Part shown: one piece after another, positions 24,837-32,000 of the stretch | Numbering within the stretch: the first letter of the stretch is position 1 | How the letters are laid out: every line of letters starts with the position of its first letter | Source: an uncultured Gammaproteobacteria bacterium | Lineage (GTDB): Bacteria > Patescibacteriota > Patescibacteriia > UBA2591 > UBA6264 | DNA length: 32,000 nt | Direction of reading: 5' to 3' | NCBI GenBank assembly: GCA_964507075.1 | Contig: CAZDOL010000006.1 | Coordinates: 1 to 32,000 of the forward strand | Notes under the pieces: model-generated | What the model was told of the DNA's origin: nothing | The model's input: the letters and a program-made list of their open reading frames with translations, nothing else | The model's database searches: none | Program-made: the position numbers and the translations under genes

Positions 24837-25112
24837 TTATTTCTTATTTAACTTCCCCTTCCTAAATATTTCTAATCTTTCATTAATTACCCGTTGGATG
24901 TTCTCTGGCCTAAGCTCATATATGGAAACACCCATAGTCGTATCTTCCAATCTTATGTCGGGTGAAGTAAACAACACGTAAGGAGGAGTTTTCTTATAGC
25001 CCTCTTGAATGCCAAGGTAATTTAACCCCAATCCTTCTATAATTTCTCTGCATTCTTTCTCAGACAATACTTTCTCCATATTAAAAATTTTTTTATTTTC
25101 ATCAAATTCCAT
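24837..25112 (-). CDS. Hypothetical small protein
   Basis: 91-aa ORF in the gene-dense - strand run between scpB and the Mur ligase. I recognise no family. Confidence 0.45.
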   Translation of the reverse strand: MEFDENKKIFNMEKVLSEKECREIIEGLGLNYLGIQEGYKKTPPYVLFTSPDIRLEDTTMGVSIYELRPENIQRVINERLEIFRKGKLNKK

Positions 25113-25160
25113 ATATTTTACCTATATTATTGATTTATTTGGAAGCTGAGCTTCCAAACT

Positions 25161-25742
25161 TTACTCCTCTTCGTTTAAGTTTCTATTATTTAATCTTTCG
25201 TAATCTGGGAGTTCCTGAACATCATTGATTCCAAGGTGTTTGATAAAATCTACACTAACAGAATAAATATTGTTATCATAGTCTATTTGTTCTTCGTTGG
25301 CTTGAAGTTTATCATCCTTTGCGACCACCTTATTCACAACCTTCTCTATTATCAAACCCTTTATAAGAAGATGGCGGAGAATAATACTACAATTTATCCC
25401 TCTAATCTTTTCTAAGTCCAATTTAGTTAATGGTCCCCGATAAGCAATGATTGACAGTGTCTCTAAGGAAGCTGGGGTAAGTTCTTGGCAAACTTCTGTT
25501 TTTAAAAATTTCTGCACATATTCACTATTCTGAGGATTAGTCACCATTTGTAATGATTTGTCATTGTTAATAATATTTATGCCTCTATCAGGTTCTTTAT
25601 ATTCTTCAACAAGTTCATTAAAAATTTCTTCCAAATCATTAACATTTTGACCAATGTTTTTAGCTATTTCTTTCTTGTCTATTGGCCTGTTTGCTATAAA
25701 AAGCAAGCTCTCAATATTGGATTTTAATTCTTGATTATTCAT
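25161..25742 (-). CDS. scpB: Segregation and condensation protein B
   Basis: ESLLFIANRPI...LETLSIIAYRGPLTKLDLEKIRG is typical ScpB. It sits adjacent to scpA. Confidence 0.9.
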   Translation of the reverse strand: MNNQELKSNIESLLFIANRPIDKKEIAKNIGQNVNDLEEIFNELVEEYKEPDRGINIINNDKSLQMVTNPQNSEYVQKFLKTEVCQELTPASLETLSIIAYRGPLTKLDLEKIRGINCSIILRHLLIKGLIIEKVVNKVVAKDDKLQANEEQIDYDNNIYSVSVDFIKHLGINDVQELPDYERLNNRNLNEEE

Positions 25743-25754
25743 ATTTTAATTAAA

Positions 25755-26474
25755 TTATATTTTTTTATTTAAACTATTCTTAGAGGTTATATTAATATCT
25801 TCAAAAAGTCCCTTTTGATCAATCTCAATCTTGTGACATTTCATCAATTCTAAAATAGCTAAAAACATTACTGATTTCTCGGCTTTTGATTTATTTTCAA
25901 TTACTTTATTAAATATAAACTGCCCTTTCTCATGCAACAAAGACAACATTTCATTTATCTTACTTTTTAAAGAGAAAACTCTACGCTTAACGGTTTTTAA
26001 AGACAATCTGGCTTGCTCTTTAATAATAAAAATAAAACTCCCAAAATTTTTTCTCAAAACATGAGAGTTAAGATTATGTGGAAAATTAAAGGCAAAAACA
26101 ATCTTTCCAGATAATTTATCTTTACTAAAACAACAACGTGGATTGGAAAAAAGTTCTCCTACTTTTTTGGTAGCAGAAACATATTCTTGATAAAGCCTTA
26201 ATTGATTTACCAAACCACGAGAATCTTCTTCGTCTTCGTCTAAAATCTGTTCTGGAAGCAACAATTTGGATTTAATGAGAATGAGTTTAGCAGCTATATT
26301 CAAAAAATCAGCTAATTCTCCCGTCCTAATTTTTTCAATCTCTTTTATGTAACCTAAAAACTGATTAGTCACCTGAACTAAAGCAATTTCCGTAATATCT
26401 AATTTTTCCTTTTCAATTAAATGCAACAACAAGTCAAATGGTCCTTGAAATTGAGGAAGATTAATATTGTACAT
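25755..26474 (-). CDS. scpA: Segregation and condensation protein A (kleisin)
   Basis: The FQGPFDLLLHLIEKEKLDITEIALVQVTNQF N-terminus is typical ScpA. Confidence 0.9.
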   Translation of the reverse strand: MYNINLPQFQGPFDLLLHLIEKEKLDITEIALVQVTNQFLGYIKEIEKIRTGELADFLNIAAKLILIKSKLLLPEQILDEDEEDSRGLVNQLRLYQEYVSATKKVGELFSNPRCCFSKDKLSGKIVFAFNFPHNLNSHVLRKNFGSFIFIIKEQARLSLKTVKRRVFSLKSKINEMLSLLHEKGQFIFNKVIENKSKAEKSVMFLAILELMKCHKIEIDQKGLFEDINITSKNSLNKKI

Positions 26475-26564
26475 AAAAATATTAAAACAAATGTTAAATC
26501 TTATGTAAAATAACGTTGAGATGCGATATAACGCGTGATAATAAAATATTTAAATACAGGGTTA

Positions 26565-26643
26565 AAATTTTAGAAAAACATACCATTTAATGGCACGAGA
26601 AGGGTCCTTAGAGCAATGTTGCAAAAGACCAACCCGACGGGTT
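26565..26643. repeat. Stop-codon-abutting repeat, copy X (downstream of alaS, upstream of scpA)
   Basis: About 79 nt are similar to 30105-30182. The last 36 nt (26608-26643) are identical to 30147-30182. It ends 4 nt from the alaS stop codon. Hairpins on the - strand are AACCC-gtc-GGGTT and GGTCTT...AAGACC. Confidence 0.85.
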
Positions 26644-26647
26644 TGTA

Positions 26648-28468
26648 TTAATTAAGGATGGCTTTTATTCGGCGGATGCCGGCGCTACTGGATTTTTCTT
26701 TAATGATTTTGAATTGTCCTAATTCCTTAGTGTTTTTGACATGAGGTCCGGCACAAATTTCCATACTAAAAGGAAATTCTGAGCTTGTAGAAGAACTATC
26801 ACCGATTGTGTAGACTTTGACTATTTCTGGATATTTTTCTCTGAAAAAAGCTAAAGCCCCCCCTTCAATTGCTTGCTTATATGGCATTTCTTTCATTGTG
26901 ACAAGAAGCGCTTCTTGTATTTTCTTGTTTACAATTTCTTCTATTTTAATTTTTTCTTCTTCTGTTAATTTCTGAGAATAAGTAAAATCAAATCTAAGGC
27001 GTTCGGGGTTGATGTCTGAGCCAGCCTGATGGACACTATCTCCTAAAACTTCTCTTAATGCCTGATGTAAAAGATGAGTGGCAGTATGTAGCTTGGTAAC
27101 CTTTATTTTAGATTCTTCGCTTTCAACACTATCAATGCCAACTCCCCCAAATTTATTCTGCACTCCCGCTTTAGAAATCTCTTGATGTTTTTTAGATTCT
27201 CTTTCAACAGCATTTTCATCTATTTTCAAATTTTCTTTTCTAGCTATTTCTCCCGTTACCCCAGGATGAAGACCATAAGTATCGTATAAATGAAAAACTG
27301 TCTTAGGGTCAAGAAAATTTTGTTTCTTGGAATGTGCTTCTTTAACTATATCTTTAAGTCTTTTCAATCCTATGGAAGTAGTTTGATTAAATTTATTTTC
27401 TTCGTTTTCTATTGTCCTTAAAATGTCATCTTTATTTTCAACTAATTCTGGATAAAAATTAGAATATAAATCAATGGCTGTTTGGGCTATTGGGAGTAAA
27501 AATTCTTCTTGGTCGTTAATCAACTTTGAGCAACGCATTGCTCTTCTAATAAGACGCCTTAAGATATATCCCCTGTCTTCTTTGCTGGGCAGAATGCCAT
27601 CTGAAATTAAAAAACAAGCTGCCCGAACATGGTCAGCAATAATTCTTTGATATTTTTTGTTAATTTCATCGACATTAGCAATTTCTTCAATCTTATGCAT
27701 TAAAGGTAAAAATAAATCTGTTTCATAGTCAGAGGGCTTGTTTTGTAAAACGCAAGCTAATCTTTCCAAACCCGCGCCAGTGTCAATATTTTTAACTGTT
27801 AATTTTTCATAACTTCCATCTGCTGTTTTATTATATTCCATAAAAACCAAGTTCCAAATTTCTACAAATCTTCCACAACTACAATTTGGTCCACAATTAG
27901 GCTGGTCGCATTCTTTAATTTTAAAATTTAATCCTCTGTCATAATATATTTCCGAACAAGGGCCACAAGGACCGTTGCTACCAATTGGCCCCCAAAAATT
28001 ATCTTTTATTCCAAAATAACTTATTCGTTCTTTGGGAATCCCGTTTTCTAACCAAATTTTTTCAGCTTCTTTGTCTACCTCTATTCCTTTAGTTCCATCA
28101 AAAAGAGTAACCCAAATATGGGCAATATCTAAATAATAATAATTGGTTAATAGGTCCATTGCCATTTGAATTGCTTCTTTTTTAAAATAACCATCAAAAG
28201 ACCAATTACCTAACATCTGAAAAAAGGTATGGTGAAATTCGTCTCCGACTTCCTCAATGTCTGAGGTGCGAAAACATTTTTGAATAGAACAAATTTCACT
28301 ATCAATTGGATTAATTTTTCCACTCAAAAAAGGAATAAATTGTTGCATGCCAGCAGAAGTAAAAAGCACGCTCTGATCAGCGGGAATCAAAGAAGACGAG
28401 GGCATAATTTTATGCCCCTTTTTTTGGAAATAATCTAAAAAAATTTCTCTAATTTCACTAACTTTCAT
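26648..28468 (-). CDS. alaS: Alanine--tRNA ligase, short form (catalytic plus editing domains, no C-Ala domain)
   Basis: FTSAGMQQF, the WNLVFMEYN region, and editing-domain motifs HTATHLLHQAL and CAGPHV. It is 606 aa, against roughly 870 aa for classical bacterial AlaRS. Confidence 0.93.
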   Translation of the reverse strand: MKVSEIREIFLDYFQKKGHKIMPSSSLIPADQSVLFTSAGMQQFIPFLSGKINPIDSEICSIQKCFRTSDIEEVGDEFHHTFFQMLGNWSFDGYFKKEAIQMAMDLLTNYYYLDIAHIWVTLFDGTKGIEVDKEAEKIWLENGIPKERISYFGIKDNFWGPIGSNGPCGPCSEIYYDRGLNFKIKECDQPNCGPNCSCGRFVEIWNLVFMEYNKTADGSYEKLTVKNIDTGAGLERLACVLQNKPSDYETDLFLPLMHKIEEIANVDEINKKYQRIIADHVRAACFLISDGILPSKEDRGYILRRLIRRAMRCSKLINDQEEFLLPIAQTAIDLYSNFYPELVENKDDILRTIENEENKFNQTTSIGLKRLKDIVKEAHSKKQNFLDPKTVFHLYDTYGLHPGVTGEIARKENLKIDENAVERESKKHQEISKAGVQNKFGGVGIDSVESEESKIKVTKLHTATHLLHQALREVLGDSVHQAGSDINPERLRFDFTYSQKLTEEEKIKIEEIVNKKIQEALLVTMKEMPYKQAIEGGALAFFREKYPEIVKVYTIGDSSSTSSEFPFSMEICAGPHVKNTKELGQFKIIKEKSSSAGIRRIKAILN

Positions 28469-28472
28469 TCTT

Positions 28473-29942
28473 TTATTTGTTATTCTTCTCTTTTTCCGTG
28501 CGATTTTTCTTTAAACATGTTTTACAATAAACAGGCCGAACGCCGTCTGGAACAAAAGGAACTTGAACTGTAACTCCACAACCCGAACACTTGGCTTCAT
28601 ATTTTACTATTTTCTCAGCTGGCAAAAATTCGCCAGGCTTTATTACGCCGCTCCAACGAGCTATTTTTTCTTCTACTAATTTTCGCGGTTCTGCATATCG
28701 TTCTCTAGAAACTTTAATTATCTTTTGTGCATTACCCTCTGGTTTAGATAAAGGAGGTAAGGTTAAAGCGGAAAATGGTTCTGAGGTGAGCCCATCTATC
28801 ATTAATTTAACATATATATTATATTGATCTAAATCTACTAAATCCTCTTCTTCAAAACGTGGTACAAATTCTTTTGCCAAAAAATCAGCATCTTTAGCTC
28901 CCACCCTAAAAACAACCATAGTTCCTACGTTGCCAAATATAGCATCTCTAACCCGAGAAGTGTCCTTAACTGTTAACTGGTCAATATATTGATGAGCTAA
29001 AATTAAATTTAAATGATATTTTCGAGCTTCAGACAAAATGTCAGCAAAGGATTCAGTGGCAAAATTTTGAAATTCATCAACATAAAGATAAAAATCTTGT
29101 CTTTCCTCTTCTGGAATATTAATTCTACTCATAACGGCCATCTGAATTTTGGTAATCATCATTGCTCCCAACAAAGCTGAAGCATCCTCTCCGATTCTCC
29201 CCTTAGAAAGATTCATAATTAGAATCTTTTTGTTATCCATTATCTCTCGCAAATTTATTTTTGACTTTACTTGACCTACAATGTCTCTAATTAAAGAAGT
29301 AGATAAAAATTGCCCCACCTTATTCTGAATTGGAGCAATTGCCTCAGCGCGCAAACGGTCTGGATATTTGGGATATTCATTGGTCCAAAAAGATTTCACT
29401 ACTGGGTCTGTTAAGCGATCAACAACCTTTTTTCTAAATTCCTTATCAACCAATATTCTCATAATTCCCAAAAGCGTGCTTCCGGGATATTCCAATAAGG
29501 CTAAAATTGTATTTCTTAATACATACTCTAAGCGAGGACCCCAAGAATCAGCCCAAATTTTCTTAAAAACACCGACCAAACCAGAGGCCACCAAGTGACG
29601 TTGGCTGGCATCCACCTGCTCTAAAACATTAAGAGCAAAGGGGTTTTCTGTATCTGCTGGATTAAAATATATAACATCATTGATTCTATTTGCCGGAATA
29701 AAATCTAAAGCCCTTTCAGCCAAATCACCATGAGGATCTACAATAGCAACTCCATGACCCATCTGAATATCTTGATAAATCATATTTTCTAATGTCGTTG
29801 ATTTGCCAGTCCCAGTTTTACCAATTAAATACATATGGCGCCGACGATCTTGGCGCTTAATTCCAAATTTTTTACGAATATTTCGATAATTTGTTTCTGC
29901 AAAGAGGACTATTTCATTATCGTTTTGCGAAAAATCAGCCAT
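28473..29942 (-). CDS. T4SS coupling-protein-like (TraD/VirD4/TrwB-type) P-loop ATPase with a C-terminal CxxC-x17-CxxC zinc ribbon
   Basis: Walker A LIGKTGTGKST and Walker B FYLYVDEFQNF. The C-terminus CSGC-GVTVQVPFVPDGVRPVY-CKTC has exactly 17 residues between the cysteine pairs. I prefer the start at ATG 29942 (MADFSQ), which has a TATAAT 7 nt upstream, over the ORF-track start at 29978. Confidence 0.7.
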   Translation of the reverse strand: MADFSQNDNEIVLFAETNYRNIRKKFGIKRQDRRRHMYLIGKTGTGKSTTLENMIYQDIQMGHGVAIVDPHGDLAERALDFIPANRINDVIYFNPADTENPFALNVLEQVDASQRHLVASGLVGVFKKIWADSWGPRLEYVLRNTILALLEYPGSTLLGIMRILVDKEFRKKVVDRLTDPVVKSFWTNEYPKYPDRLRAEAIAPIQNKVGQFLSTSLIRDIVGQVKSKINLREIMDNKKILIMNLSKGRIGEDASALLGAMMITKIQMAVMSRINIPEEERQDFYLYVDEFQNFATESFADILSEARKYHLNLILAHQYIDQLTVKDTSRVRDAIFGNVGTMVVFRVGAKDADFLAKEFVPRFEEEDLVDLDQYNIYVKLMIDGLTSEPFSALTLPPLSKPEGNAQKIIKVSRERYAEPRKLVEEKIARWSGVIKPGEFLPAEKIVKYEAKCSGCGVTVQVPFVPDGVRPVYCKTCLKKNRTEKEKNNK

Positions 29943-30104
29943 AGTCTTTATTATATTAAGATTAGAGAAAAAAAACAAGATGGAACTTGGGGATTAAAAA
30001 TATATACTAATGATGATTTTTGATAATTAATTAATAAAACATGTCTGATATCAGCAGAAATGCGATATAAGACGTTATGAAGAAATGAAAATGCATGTCC
30101 CCAC

Positions 30105-30182
30105 AATTTTGAAAAAACATACCCTTTAATGACACAAGAAGTGGTCTTAGAGCAATGTTGCAAAAGACCAACCCGACGGGTT
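30105..30182. repeat. Stop-codon-abutting repeat, copy Y (downstream of the wecA-like gene, upstream of the T4CP-like ATPase)
   Basis: Homologous to 26565-26643. It overlaps the wecA-like stop codon (30181-30183) by 2 nt. A short additional shared block, ATGCGATATAA, lies at 30060-30070 and 26521-26531. Confidence 0.85.
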
Positions 30183-31257
30183 AGTATTTTTTCTTTTTGG
30201 GGAGGAAATATATTAGGAAGCTGCCGAGAATCACTAATGCTAACAGGGCTATAGCTTTGCCTTGAGTTTGTAAAAAAAGAGCAATAAAACCAAAAATCAA
30301 AGCAATGGACCAATAAAAAATAACTGCCATGCGATGTGAAAGACCAGATTCAAGTAAACGAAAATGAAGATGCTTTTTGTCTGCACTAAAAACAGAATGA
30401 CGTTTTTCAAAGAATCTCTGGAAGACAACACTAATTAAATCTAAAACAGCTAAACCTAAAATTAAAAAGGTTGTAGCAAATTTACTACCCGAGATTATAG
30501 CCAAAACACCCAAAAAAAACCCTGCCAAGAGGCTACCACCTTCTCCTAAAAAAATTTTAGCTGGATGAAAATTAAAAATTAAAAATCCCAAAAAAGCGCC
30601 TGCCAAAATTAAAGCCATAGTTGCTATATCTGGCTGATAAAATTGCGTGAATAAACAAAGAGCAGTAATGCTTAAAGCACCAATAACTGTAACACCTGAA
30701 ACCAAACCATCTAAACCATCAAGTAATTTAGTAGAATACATTAATAATAATAACCAAAAAAAAGTTAAAACATCGGATAAAGGAGTAAAATAATAAGGAA
30801 CTCCATTTAATCTAAGTATTTCAATCTTGATTGTATCAAAATATAAATAACCAGAACCAAAAGGATTATTCATAAATGTAATGCCTATTCCACTAATAAT
30901 TATAGCTAAACATGCTAAGACAGGCCAAATAAATTGTTGAACAGGAGATAAATGATATTTGTCATCTAAAAAACCGCCGAGCATTAAAAATGAGGCGGCA
31001 ATTATTATACCGATTAAGTGCTTATTCAATGGAACCAATCCTGGCAACAAAGAAAAATGTTTAGCAATTAATAAAACAATAAAGAATGAAAGAAAAATAG
31101 CAACTCCGCCCATAAGTGGAATTGCCTTAGTATGAATTTTTCTTTTGTTGGTTTCTGGCCTATCTAATATATTAAATTTAATTGCGAGCCATCGTATAAA
31201 TGGTGTTAAAATCAACGACAGAATAAAACTAACAAGAAAAAAAATTAAGAATAACAT
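30181..31257 (-). CDS. Glycosyltransferase family 4 polyprenyl-phosphate sugar-phosphate transferase (WecA/MraY family, WecA-like)
   Basis: About 10 TM segments. Motifs are HTKAIPLMGGVAIF, FLDDKYHLSP and LLDGLDGLVSG. It lacks the MraY-type GTPTMGG motif. Confidence 0.8.
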   Translation of the reverse strand: MLFLIFFLVSFILSLILTPFIRWLAIKFNILDRPETNKRKIHTKAIPLMGGVAIFLSFFIVLLIAKHFSLLPGLVPLNKHLIGIIIAASFLMLGGFLDDKYHLSPVQQFIWPVLACLAIIISGIGITFMNNPFGSGYLYFDTIKIEILRLNGVPYYFTPLSDVLTFFWLLLLMYSTKLLDGLDGLVSGVTVIGALSITALCLFTQFYQPDIATMALILAGAFLGFLIFNFHPAKIFLGEGGSLLAGFFLGVLAIISGSKFATTFLILGLAVLDLISVVFQRFFEKRHSVFSADKKHLHFRLLESGLSHRMAVIFYWSIALIFGFIALFLQTQGKAIALLALVILGSFLIYFLPKKKKY

Positions 31258-31266
31258 AATAATGCT

Positions 31267-31298
31267 CTAATGTTCAAATGTTCTCATGTTCAAATGTC
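31267..31298. repeat. Degenerate octamer repeats (CWMATGTY x4), reverse-complement orientation of the 14005-14048 unit
   Basis: CTAATGTT CAAATGTT CTCATGTT CAAATGTC. CTAATGTT is the reverse complement of AACATTAG. The repeats span the ruvX stop codon and the last 8 codons of ruvX. Confidence 0.7.
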
Positions 31299-31672
31299 TG
31301 ATGGTCAATATAATCTTGCAAAATAATGCTTGCTGCAATAGCGTGATTTTCTTTATTTGATGAGAAATTGTTGGCCATCTTACTCGTAAATCTTTCGTCA
31401 AAAATAACAATTGGTAAATCAAATTCTTTTTTGCATTGTTTAATAAATTTCTCTGTTCTCTTTGTTTGTTCGCTACTATTGCCAGATAGACTAATTGGAT
31501 GTCCAATTATTACCTTTGTTATTTTTTGTTTTAAAATAATTTCTTGCAAATCTTTGAATAATAAAGAAATATTCTCTCCTTGTATTGTTTTATATGGTGT
31601 AGCTATCCTTGTTTGCAAAGGAGCAATGGCTAATCCAATATATTTGGCGCCATGGTCAATGGATAATAACAT
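31274..31672 (-). CDS. ruvX: RuvX/YqgF-family putative Holliday junction resolvase / pre-16S rRNA nuclease
   Basis: 132 aa. The N-terminal LSIDHGAKYIGLAIA motif is typical of YqgF. Confidence 0.85.
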   Translation of the reverse strand: MLLSIDHGAKYIGLAIAPLQTRIATPYKTIQGENISLLFKDLQEIILKQKITKVIIGHPISLSGNSSEQTKRTEKFIKQCKKEFDLPIVIFDERFTSKMANNFSSNKENHAIAASIILQDYIDHQTFEHENI

Positions 31673-31682
31673 AAGTTAAAAT

Positions 31683-31703
31683 AATTTCTAATTTCTAATT
31701 CCT
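31683..31703. repeat. Heptamer repeat (AATTYCT) x3 just upstream of the ruvX start codon
   Basis: AATTTCT AATTTCT AATTCCT. It shares an 18-mer with 16230-16247. Confidence 0.85.
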
Positions 31704-31714
31704 AAAGATGTCCA

Positions 31715-31786
31715 AAATGGGGACAGGCACCTTCGGAGCCAGTCCCCGGGACAGTCCCCTCCAGCTCCTCTTTAACGACTGACGTT
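31715..31786. repeat. Composite intergenic repeat. The 47-nt GGGGAC hairpin element is joined to the right half of the ACGTCAG hairpin module. It probably terminates map.
   Basis: 31715-31761 is identical to 5785-5831. 31764-31786 (GCTCCTCTTTAACGACTGACGTT) is identical to 3684-3706. The repeat overlaps the map stop codon by 2 nt. Confidence 0.9.
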
Positions 31787-32000
31787 ACATTTTTGTTAAA
31801 ACTTCGGCGCCAGATTTGGTAACTAAAATTGTATGCTCAAAGTGAGCAGATAGACTGCCATCATTAGTAACAATTGTCCAGCCATCCTTGAGTGTTTTGA
31901 CTTTCCAATCTCCAACATTAATCATTGGTTCAAAGCATAGAGTCATTCCTTTCTCTAAAATTATTCCAGTATGGGGACGACCATAATTCAGAATTACAGG
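31785..32000 (-). CDS. map: Methionine aminopeptidase type I, C-terminal 71 codons (5' end outside the window)
   Basis: My own translation of the - strand: PVILNYGRPHTGIILEKGMTLCFEPMINVGDWKVKTLKDGWTIVTNDGSLSAHFEHTILVTKSGAEVLTKM*. The FEPM, DGWT and SAHFEHT motifs are present. It is absent from the ORF track because no start codon lies in the window. Confidence 0.85.
   Translation of the reverse strand, partial: PVILNYGRPHTGIILEKGMTLCFEPMINVGDWKVKTLKDGWTIVTNDGSLSAHFEHTILVTKSGAEVLTKM

Noticed and set aside
25138-25158. Perfect 9-bp hairpin TTTGGAAGC-tga-GCTTCCAAA immediately after the scpB stop codon
   Set aside because: On the - strand it is not followed by a T-tract, so I do not call it an intrinsic terminator. 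It is noted only as a possible RNA-stability element.
453-29598. Remaining antisense or shadow ORFs in the track: 453-674, 2916-3257, 3134-3544, 3872-4072, 4709-4903, 4848-5123, 5430-5912, 5776-6015, 7305-7511, 8940-9170, 10422-10706, 11363-11623, 15046-15324, 16671-16871, 17128-17364, 17660-17938, 21043-21309, 22645-22836, 28591-28827, 29368-29598, 29835-30023
   Set aside because: Each lies wholly or largely within a longer ORF that has clear family motifs, either on the opposite strand or in another frame. None shows a recognisable domain, promoter or RBS.
29951-30313. 120-aa - strand ORF spanning the repeat-Y region and the wecA-like 3' end
   Set aside because: It overlaps the well-supported wecA-like CDS in another frame and runs through the non-coding repeat. 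Its composition is low-complexity and no family is recognisable.
31267-31679. ORFs 31267-31506 (-) and 31368-31679 (+) overlapping ruvX
   Set aside because: They are alternative-frame or antisense shadows of the ruvX CDS, whose YqgF motifs identify the real frame.

Overview
AT-rich bacterial window using the standard genetic code (TAA, TAG and TGA all close long ORFs). Housekeeping proteins are compact (RpoB 1056 aa, AlaRS 606 aa) and small orphan families are common, so I infer a Patescibacteria/CPR-like genome. Two halves converge at 12249-12324.

Left half (1-12248, every gene on +): a surface-glycan locus made of a DegT-type aminotransferase, a WxcM-like cupin, a membrane CapD/PglF-type dehydratase, a Gmm/WcaH-like Nudix and a Wzz-like co-polymerase. 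Self-contained accessory cassettes interrupt it:
- a wHTH-MNT/HEPN pair
- a MerR-HTH::GHKL-ATPase plus STAS-like (DUF4325-type) pair
- AbiEi/AbiEii
- an AAA+DUF4143 ATPase plus a DUF218 protein
- a translationally coupled pair of small unknown proteins

Most cassettes carry their own near-consensus TTGACA-N16/17-TAnAAT promoter. Several are bounded by a modular GC-rich hairpin repeat family.

Right half (12325-32000, every gene on -): recA, a rodZ-like gene, ftsK, rpoC, rpoB, a murE-like ligase, a small orphan, scpB, scpA, alaS, an orphan T4SS-coupling-protein-like ATPase with a CxxC-x17-CxxC tail, a wecA/mraY-family transferase, ruvX and the 3' end of map.

Best candidates for something new:
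1. The HTH-GHKL/STAS-like two-gene module with a triple 20-bp iteron promoter.
2. A 47-nt GC-rich intergenic hairpin repeat present as an exact in-frame copy inside the CapD-type gene.
3. The mosaic repeat family itself.
4. A second, roughly 79-nt repeat that abuts two stop codons.
5. Octamer and heptamer microsatellites sitting in short gene-proximal gaps just upstream of three start codons on the - strand.

No rRNA, tRNA, CRISPR array, transposase or integrase was seen.
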